NCBI RefSeq assembly: GCF_001194135.2
Contig: NC_068985.1
Location: 91,023,434-91,087,433, forward strand
Length of the DNA stretch: 64,000 nt
Direction of reading: 5' to 3'
Source: Octopus bimaculoides
Lineage: Eukaryota
Each line of letters starts with the position of its first letter. The stretch's first letter is position 1. Both the position numbers and the translations under genes were made by a program. The notes beneath the pieces were generated by a model. The model worked only from the letters and a program-made list of their open reading frames with translations. It did not search any database and was not told the origin of the DNA. Below, piece after piece: positions 54,731-64,000 of the stretch.

Positions 54731-56597
54731 TCTCATTTTCAAATATCTTATAAATCACAGTTTTGTAGGGATATATCATTTCACACATTTGTGCATTGTA
54801 TAATATAGGTTTATATCACATCACCAATAACACATGTAACGCATGTTCATTTAAACAGTTGCATAATCTTTTACATGAGGATGATGCCAATTCTACATAG
54901 TCTGTGAATTATTACTGACAACGTAATATGCTTTGGTTAGATACGACCTGTAAATATATATTTTTGGATAAGTATTCTATATAAATATGTGTTGGATACG
55001 GCTTTTAAATATAATGTTGTGTGCACACATTAATACAATTCTTCTAATATTTAATCAATATCACATGATTCTAACTATTACCATTATATTGTAATTTGTA
55101 AAGGAATATGAGTATTCACATAATTAGAATATTTATGGTATTCTAAACAGCTTCATCGTTAACATTATTTAAAATTAGTATGCAAAAAACATAGTTTGAA
55201 AACATCGTCATGTATTTCCATTTTCCCCCAGTATCTCAATTTACACTTTCAAACAGTAATTCGTTTCCAAAATTCCAGTTATCTATCTTAAAAAAAAAAC
55301 ATGTCAGATTTACTTGCTGGAATAAAATATATTACATTGTTACTCTTATCGTCATCCATGGGAAAATTTTCAATCACGCTACCTTATGTTAAATTTTATT
55401 AGTTCCCATATGCAGATAAGATACAAACACACTGAGAACAGACATACAATATATTAAGAAGTGCAAATGATGTAGTGATGAACAAATTATTTTCTGAATT
55501 TCCACTGCACCAAATTAACACCCTTTCCAAAAATTACTGTCAACTTTTAGAAGGTAATAAAATGTAGTTAAGAAATGCAATAATATTTGTTAAAAATAAT
55601 AGTTATATGAACATATAACTATTATTGCAAGTTATTTCATTTTTTGCTGTTAACATTTTTTTATTATACAATATGTTGTTCTTGATTATTAATTGCAATC
55701 ATATTGTTTCAGTGTATATCTTTGTAAGAACATGGTTATTAACTTTTCCAAATTTGCAATTAAGATATGCACAGTTCATTTCTCTTTGTTGTGTCTTCCA
55801 AATGCGGGCAATACAAACAAACTGCTGGTAACTTTAGTACACACAAGTTACTAAGTGTCACCATTCAAAGTCAAAGCAGGAATATTATAGACGGTGATTC
55901 TAATCACTAAACATGTAAACTGTCTTTAGCTTGAGTGGAATTACTTTATATATATATATATATGTGTATGCACATTAGTAATATTACCAAGCACCTACTG
56001 CATGCTCTTAGTAGTACTGTCCATCTGTGATCGAAATAAAGAAGCTAATACAAGATTCTCAAATTCAGCAAAGATACACAATATCTCCTCCAACACACAA
56101 ATATAGAAATTAAACCACATCGGTTCTAGAATTTTCATCGTCATCGGAAGAAGGAAATTCAAACATAACATCAGCGAGACATTAGCTTAAACTGCAGGGA
56201 GTCGCAGCAAAAATATTGTAGCGTATAACCTATCACTGTAAAGAGCTCTACCGTTAAATGTAAAGTTATAAAGTAAAGAGACGGTTATATCTTATTCAAT
56301 AGACAACAATACACATATACTTTGCTATATAAATGAGTCCAGTAAAATCTGATATCTAAAATGCATTTTTAGTAAAATCTTCAAGTGAAGGTGTATTTGT
56401 TGATAGTCTGAATGAAAGACATAAATTCTTATTAAGTCTATGCGCTGACCTAGTTTTTTTAAATATATATTTATATAATACAAGCTAATACTATTGAGCT
56501 ATCAACGATTGTGTAAAAGTCATGAGTGACATGATACTCCATTTTCCTGTTCCATCTAACAATGTAATTTTATGTGTCTTTGAATATAGAAATATCT

Positions 56598-56636
56598 ACT
56601 ACAATCACCACCACTACTACTACTACTTGTACCACC

Positions 56637-56703
<67 letters not shown>
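56598..56703 (+). repeat. (ACC)n/(ACT)n microsatellite running into a gap
   Basis: Read directly; explains the poly-T/Y/S/V ORFs. Confidence 0.95.
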
Positions 56704-56978
56704 NNNNNNNNNNNNNNNNNNNNNNNNNNNNNNNNNNNNNNNNNNNNNNNNNNNNNNNNNNNNNNNNNNNNNNNNNNNNNNNNNNNNNNNNNNNNNNNNN
56801 NNNNNNNNNNNNNNNNNNNNNNNNNNNNNNNNNNNNNNNNNNNNNNNNNNNNNNNNNNNNNNNNNNNNNNNNNNNNNNNNNNNNNNNNNNNNNNNNNNNN
56901 NNNNNNNNNNNNNNNNNNNNNNNNNNNNNNNNNNNNNNNNNNNNNNNNNNNNNNNNNNNNNNNNNNNNNNNNNNNNNN

Positions 56979-57009
<31 letters not shown>

Positions 57010-57531
57010 ATATATATATGTGTGTGTGTGTGTGTATATATGTACATGCATATACATACATGCACACACACACATAAAAACATGTACACAGATATGCATA
57101 TAACCATATAATGCGCAATGTTTTAATCTACGTCTATGCATTTCTTGATAATAATAATAAGAATTTTTGTAGTCAATTTTAAACCTCGTGATCGTCCTAT
57201 CAGGCTAATCCTCTCTTGTGTAAAATGTATTTTAGTCTTTTGACGTATACTGCAAATACTGTCTATTTCCTTGCTAACATCTGGTCATAATAATTTCTGT
57301 GCATGTTTTAACTCTTCGTGTATTTTTATATCGCAACACAAGTTCTATTCAACTGTCTGCTTCTTTCTTTGTTATGCAAACAGGACCTACGTCTATCACA
57401 GTCATCATAATTTAATGTTACTAGAGAACGTATCCATATAGATTTCAAATTATAGCGCAATGCCAGCAATTTGGTGGAGGGATGTAAATCGATTGCATCA
57501 ACCCTCATACACAGTTGATGCTTATTGTAAT

Positions 57532-57590
57532 CGACAAAATGCCGCTAAGCATTCCGTCTGGCGTGCTAACTATTGTGTCATCTCGCCGCA
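57532..57590 (-). mobile_element. SINE head fragment
   Basis: gacaaaatgccgctaagcattccgtctggcgtgctaactattgtgtcatctcgccgc; the minus strand reads as a degenerate tRNA-like head (gcggcgagatgacacaatagttagcacgcc). Confidence 0.5.
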
Positions 57591-57728
57591 TTAGAACGTA
57601 GCAATATAGCAAGACATTTTGTATATGACATAATTGTTCTTGTAAATGTCGTAAATTTTAATATTATTATCCGCCAACGAAGCAATTCTATGTTTTGGCA
57701 TATATTACACACTAAATTCTAATAATGT

Positions 57729-57895
57729 AGGTGCTGCTGCAGCTTATTGGTAAGAATGTTGAATTCCAACCTCATGGTTCCCGTTTCCGTCACATTGCGT
57801 AGCAACGTGGGCAATTGTTTTGTACTATGTAGCCGCCAATAGAGTAAAGTCGTTTCAGTGGATTTGATAGATAGAAACTGAAGCAACATCGTCGT
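57729..57895 (+). mobile_element. Old CORE-type SINE 5' half
   Basis: tggtaagaatg...catggttcccgtttccgtcacattgcgtagcaacgtgggcaattg...gtggatttgatagatagaaactgaagcaacatcgtcgtat aligns to the family's 5' half. Confidence 0.65.
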
Positions 57896-58488
57896 ATGTG
57901 CATGTATGTTCTTTTAAACAGCTGCATAATCTGTTACATATAAGAATGATACCAATCCTACATAGTCTGTGAGTGATTATTGACAACGTCATATGACGTA
58001 TCACTTGCCGACAGCAATACGGTAGACTGAAAATGATTTGGAGGCGATTTAAGTCAAAATTACATTGCTATTTACTTCTTATTGTATCATATTGATCCCT
58101 TCTCCTTAATACTGGTTTTTGGTTTCAGTGAGTTTGACGACATATAATAGATAAAAATGGTTATTATGAATATTTCGTCTGGTGGTAATTTGAAACGGCT
58201 ATACTAAAAAAAAAACTAAAAGGGCTTAGCCTTAATATTTAATTGATCCTCGATTTTAAGATTTCGAACACCCGATATATTTCTTCTCTAAAATTCAGAT
58301 CATGGTACAAATATCCTTTTAGTAAAATGCATATGCCAATTCTTTGGAATTTGATATTTTAATTGTAAAATTCGAAATGTTAATAACCATGTCCTTACGA
58401 AGATATCTTCTGAAACATTATAATTGCAATTAATATGCATTTATATAATGTGCGTGTGTGTTTGTGTGTGTGCTTGTGTGTGTGTGTA

Positions 58489-58520
<32 letters not shown>

Positions 58521-58539
58521 TGTGTGAGTGCGTGTGTCC

Positions 58540-58705
58540 TTGTGCTTGTTATTGTTCTCCATCACCGATTGACAACCGTCGTTGCTGCGTATACGCTCCC
58601 GTAAATAGTAGGCTTAAAATGTAAATAATGCTGTCGATTCATTAACGTTTTCAAGGAGCTACCGCGGCATGACTGCAGTCTAATGACTGAAACGAGTAAG
58701 CGTAC
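58540..58705 (+). mobile_element. Old CORE-type SINE 3' half after a (TG)n tract
   Basis: ccatcaccgattgacaaccgtcgttgctgcgtatacgctcccgtaa...gcatgactgcagtctaatgactgaaacgagtaa. Confidence 0.65.
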
Positions 58706-59351
58706 AAGAATAATGTGACTGGAAACATGTAAAGAAAAAAGATTGCTTATACGAATATGAAAATGGAGTATAGAAATATTTCATACCATTAAGGAATAAT
58801 GCACGATCCACGAAATATATCCATCATAATGATATCAGAATCATTTTACGCCAATGTCATTCAGAAGAGTGTCCATTTATATGTAGTTATTAAATTTATT
58901 TTCTTATTGTTTGCCATTCGTTGTCTTGATTAACACAAGGATTGCGTTTACTCGTTCTAGCAGAGATATTTCTTTATTTAGGAGACAAGAATCTGGAAGG
59001 CTTATATTCAAATATTATACAGCAGTGATGAGGTTCTTGCTGATAGCAGAGAAATGCATATGAGCATGATTAACTCCAGAAAAAAATGTCAAAAATACAA
59101 ATCGGTTGTTTTATTCTCTCGATATTATGCCTGTAGCTATAGAGGTTTTGAACACAGCAATATAAACATATATGTGAAAGAATATGATCACGTTCTAGTT
59201 GTTGGTGTTTGTTATCTTCATGTCAGTTCTAATCAAATGTACTTGTGATAAAAACAGAACTGAGCCACAACTCTGTTTACACAACGCACTTACACAAACG
59301 GAAAATCAAACAGAATCACAGAGGCACATGCAGAATCACAGGCACATAACC

Positions 59352-59398
<47 letters not shown>

Positions 59399-61109
59399 GA
59401 TGTGTGTGTGTGTGTGTATGTGTGTGTGCGTCTGTGTGTGTGTGTGTGTATAACGCATCATATCTGGGATCCGATTTTCAAATGTCATTTTCATTTACGA
59501 CAGTAGTCTGTTATTTGAGATAACACTTGTTTACATTTCCAAGATGGCTAAACGACATTATACGACTTTGCATAATATTTCGCCATTGGGTCGATGGTGC
59601 ATTTGTAGTTAGTTCCCATATGTTGCATGCATAAAATGTTTCTTTTGACATTATTTAAACTGATATTGTTTCGGGAAATATTTTTTAAAAATAATATCAA
59701 CATGGCAAAAAGTAAAGCATATTGTCAATCCGAATATGTTTTCATTGCGTTAATATTATCAAATAATATCGAATAAACGAAAAAAACAAAGGAAGAAACG
59801 CAACTTAAAACATGATATATTCCCTAAAAGAAATAAAGAAAATTAGATAAAATCTAAAATTTATTTCATACGTGACAATTACAGTTTGCTATTAAGAAAT
59901 ATTGAGGAGGCAGATATCATATCATTCTATAGTAAAATAATGGAAATGATTAAAATGTGTGGAATGGAGAAGCAACCGACTAGGGTTTCATATTACACAG
60001 TGTAATCAAATATTTGTTTTGGTAAGGGTTCTATATAATAATGCTAATCCTGGTTCAACAAAGCAACTACATAGTAAAAACATACATGAATGCATAAACA
60101 ATGTGCATGTATATGTATAAACACGATAAATTTTCTGACAGATGATCAGTTCGTAAGCATAGGATTCATAGTTCGACTTCAACTGTCACAGTTCAGGTCA
60201 TGCTTCAATTAAAATATAATTATTTCTATTTGAACTTCTCTCTTATTGTTCTTTTTAAAAATTTTATTTACGTGCATTTACTGACGGTGTTAGCCTTACA
60301 ACGAACTATATCTAAGGACGGAATATCAGCATAAACACTTTTCTGGAATTATACTGCCCTCGTCTTTTACTTTGGTATTTTGATGAATATATTTGGCAGG
60401 CACAAACTCTGGNNNNNNNNNNNNNNNNNNNNNNNNNNNNNNNNNNNNNNNNNNNNNNNNNNNNNNNNNNNNNNNNNNNNNNNNNNNNNNNNNNNNNNNN
60501 NNNNNNNNNNNNNNNNNNNNNNNNNNNNNNNNNNNNNNNNNNNNNNNNNNNNNNNNNNNNNNNNNNNNNNNNNNNNNNNNNNNNNNNNNNNNNNNNNNNN
60601 NNNNNNNNNNNNNNNNNNNNNNNNNNNNNNNNNNNNNNNNNNNNNNNNNNNNNNNNNNNNNNNNNNNNNNNNNNNNNNNNNNNNNNNNNNNNNNNNNNNN
60701 NNNNNNNNNNNNNNNNNNNNNNNNNNNNNNNNNNNNNNNNNNNNNNNNNNNNNNNNNNNNNNNNNNNNNNNNNNNNNNNNNNNNNNNNNNNNNNNNNNNN
60801 NNNNNNNNNNNNNNNNNNNNNNNNNNNNNNNNNNNNNNNNNNNNNNNNNNNNNNNNNNNNNNNNNNNNNNNNNNNNNNNNNNNNNNNNNNNNNNNNNNNN
60901 NNNNNNNNNNNNNNNNNNNNNNNNNNNNNNNNNNNNNNNNNNNNNNNATATATATATATATACATACATATATATATTTCTTGCCGAACGACCACACACA
61001 TGATTTGTTTATAGTGATCAAATGTGTTGTGCACATAATCTTACTCCCTTCATCAAATCGACCTTACCTGTAGAGGTGCTCCGTATGCCATATGTCAGAA
61101 GATGAAATC

Positions 61110-61230
61110 ATCGCAGGGCAACGTGAAATGAAGTACTTTGCTCAAGACCACAACTCTAGGCCTGTCTGGGAATCGAACCCACGCCCTCGCAATCATGACT
61201 AAAACTCCCCAAGCACTTAGCCATACGTCT
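61110..61230 (-). mobile_element. tRNA-derived SINE 5' portion
   Basis: Minus strand: tggctaagtgcttgg A-box-like, GGGTTCGATTCCC B-box, then gtggtcttgagcaaagtacttcatttcacgttg CORE-like segment. Confidence 0.7.
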
Positions 61231-62090
61231 TCAAATTCGCATTCAGTATGCAGCACCCATTTGCCACTCATCACATGCTATAACAAACTAAAATGTGATC
61301 TACTCCATTAAATGCCCTAATTGCATGGAATGCATTATCGGAACGCTTGCGTGTCAACAGAGAACATGCCTGGAACAATAATGTTCGCCAAAATCCATTG
61401 AGCGGACGTATAGAAACATGTGGTCAGAAAATATTTCTAATTTTTCATTTCTACAAACTACAAGACAAAGGTGAGGTTGAAGGAAATATATAAAAGTCAT
61501 ACGTTTTACTAAAATGTTCAAACCTGTTCTGAAAGGAAATGACAATAATACATGAACAACCAGCTAATGATATGGCTTCAAAAAATACCCTTGACATATG
61601 AATATAAACAAATTGCAGAAGGCTCCTACCAATTGAAATAAAAACGATCAAGATCAACTAAGTTTGTTCACTCATAAAACCATTACTTGTAAACTGCAGG
61701 CTAATTGGTTGAAATAAAGGCGGGATCTATGCCAGTAATATCGCTGCGCCCGGCTATCCATGACGATTAAGGAGCATGAGGATTTGTCAAAAGAGTATTC
61801 CGAAAATTAAGCTTGTTCGAGTCTTGTATGTGGTATAAAATAGAAGTCAGTCATTTTAGTACAGTTGTGAAGAACTCAGCTCTCAGTTAAATACATTTTG
61901 AAGTCTTATGATTACTACGGACGTATAAAAGCGCTGATTGAACTCTATGAACATTACAAAATATGTTTTTAATGTTTAACACATTAGCATCAAAATACAA
62001 TGATAAAAAACGTGAAAAACAGACCGCGTTTTAACTTTATTCATCTGATATATTAAGCTACACACATTTGCACGAATCCGGAATAAATAC

Positions 62091-62123
<33 letters not shown>

Positions 62124-63399
62124 NNNNNNNNNNNNNNNNNNNNNNNNNNNNNNNNNNNNNNNNNNNNNNNNNNNNNNNNNNNNNNNNNNNNNNNNNNNNN
62201 NNNNNNNNNNNNNNNNNNNNNNNNNNNNNNNNNNNNNNNNNNNNNNNNNNNNNNNNNNNNNNNNNNNNNNNNNNNNNNNNNNNNNNNNNNNNNNNNNNNN
62301 NNNNNNNNNNNNNNNNNNNNNNNNNNNNNNNNNNNNNNNNNNNNNNNNNNNNNNNNNNNNNNNNNNNNNNNNNNNNNNNNNNNNNNNNNNNNNNNNNNNN
62401 NNNNNNNNNNNNNNNNNNNNNNNNNNNNNNNNNNNNNNNNNNNNNNNNNNNNNNNNNNNNNNNNNNNNNNNNNNNNNNNNNNNNNNNNNNNNNNNNNNNN
62501 NNNNNNNNNNNNNNNNNNNNNNNNNNNNNNNNNNNNNNNNNNNNNNNNNNNNNNNNNNNNNNNNNNNNNNNNNNNNNNNNNNNNNNNNNNNNNNNNNNNN
62601 NNNNNNNNNNNNNNNNNNNNNNNNNNNNNNNNNTTAATATTTGTATGTGTAGTGACAATAAAAAAAAATTACCTTGGTCTGGTGGGTTACTCAATACATT
62701 TGTAGAGTGCAAGCTTTCTTTTTTTTTTTTATTCTTAAACAAAAATATTATATATCTTGAAAAAGTGAAAAGATGCGTCGAGTGATTAACATGTAAAGCA
62801 GAAATACAATAGATATACTTTTAACTAAGCATCTACCAGTTTCACACATAGAAATTAGGTTACCGCAGAATAAACTGCATTAAATGTTTTTTTTTCGGGA
62901 ATCTGCTGAAGATTTGGCAAATAATGTCCAAAGTGCGTCATGCTAAACTGACAGAATACTTGACAGAATAATAACAATAAAAAATACCATCTTCAAAATC
63001 GAAGTAAGCAGCAACAGAATTATGATCTTGTAACAATTATCCAAAGCTTCCTGCTTATTTTCAGATGTATCTTAAATGATCATCTCATATATAGTATATT
63101 AGTTTAAATAGCGTATCTGAAAATGGTATGAATCTTTTATTCATTGCTCAGAATATATTTCTTCTACCTGATTTTACATTTTCATCCGAATGTTACTTAT
63201 TCTAGACGCACTAATATATCAAATAATGTAAAACGAAGAAGCAATGCTGTTTGAATATAATATGCCAGTCTTTCTGGCGCTATTAACGCAATATTTAGTA
63301 GTGTGTGCATATGCACGGACGGGCACACAAACACAGAACACACACACACAAACACATATACATACACACATATTTATGTATGTATGTTTGCATCCTTTA

Positions 63400-63500
63400 T
63401 GTCTATAGCTAGACATATAGATAGATAGATACACAGACAGATAGACATACAGACAGACAGAGAGACAGATACAGAGAGAGGGAAGTAGAGATAGTGAAAA
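63400..63500 (+). repeat. (GATA)/(GACA)/(GA) compound microsatellite
   Basis: Read directly. Confidence 0.8.
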
Positions 63501-64000
63501 AGTGAGAGACATCTATGTGTGTATGGTGTAAGAGGCGTGTGGCTGTTTGCTTGTGTGCTTGCGTCTGTGTTTGCATATCGGTAGAAATGCATATTCACAG
63601 CCTTATGTAGAAATATATTTCCAAGTAACATAATTTATGGAGGAAAATATTGCACTTCTTCGTAGAAATGATAATGTTGCTAGTCATATAGCATCTCATC
63701 ATTCTGTACTTTATTTGTATCTGCCTTTATTCATATACTTCATATTTAATTTAGTTTCTATGCATTACTCAATGACAATGGACATTCATTTACATTCTTT
63801 CCTATTATGTCTCTTGCACGTTCACACTTACATAACTGTATATACAAACGCACGCACACATTCGGTGCTATACTATAATATATATACATATTTATATATA
63901 TATATACATATATAGTAGAAGACACTTCGTATTAAACAGTTTTGATTTACTGTCAGGCGACTTCTGGCCAAACCTGTATATATATATATATATATATATA

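Noticed and set aside
9221-63915. Long ORFs in the six-frame track (poly-YI/HT/CV, poly-X, poly-S/K/R/T)
   Set aside because: They are translations of (TA)n, (CA)n and trinucleotide microsatellites and of N-gaps; no protein-like content.
1-64000. CRISPR arrays, rRNA genes, prokaryotic operons
   Set aside because: No regularly spaced repeat-spacer array, no rRNA-like conserved sequence and no gene-dense region; the DNA is eukaryotic and repeat-rich.

Overview
AT-rich, microsatellite-dense eukaryotic genomic DNA from a gapped draft scaffold; most N-runs sit next to (TA)n/(CA)n tracts. The SINE repertoire and composition point to an octopus genome (inference from recalled repeat families, not from a search). 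I cannot support any intact host protein-coding gene: the long ORFs in the track are microsatellite or N-gap artefacts. The window is intergenic or intronic and built from transposon fossils: CR1/L2-type LINE fragments, several Penelope-like GIY-YIG remnants, one near full-length decayed mariner, a decayed hAT/Buster with a nested mariner piece, and many tRNA-derived SINEs. The main observation is a tRNA-headed SINE-like family (4 copies) whose body carries a minimal type-I hammerhead ribozyme motif, consensus GACAC-CUGAYGA-A-GGCUG-loop-CAGCC-GAAAC-GUU-GUGUU. A second, unrelated ~346-bp partial-tandem element carries a similar hammerhead core. Together they suggest non-autonomous, ribozyme-bearing retroelements that may be mobilised by Penelope-like elements; this link is inferred and untested.
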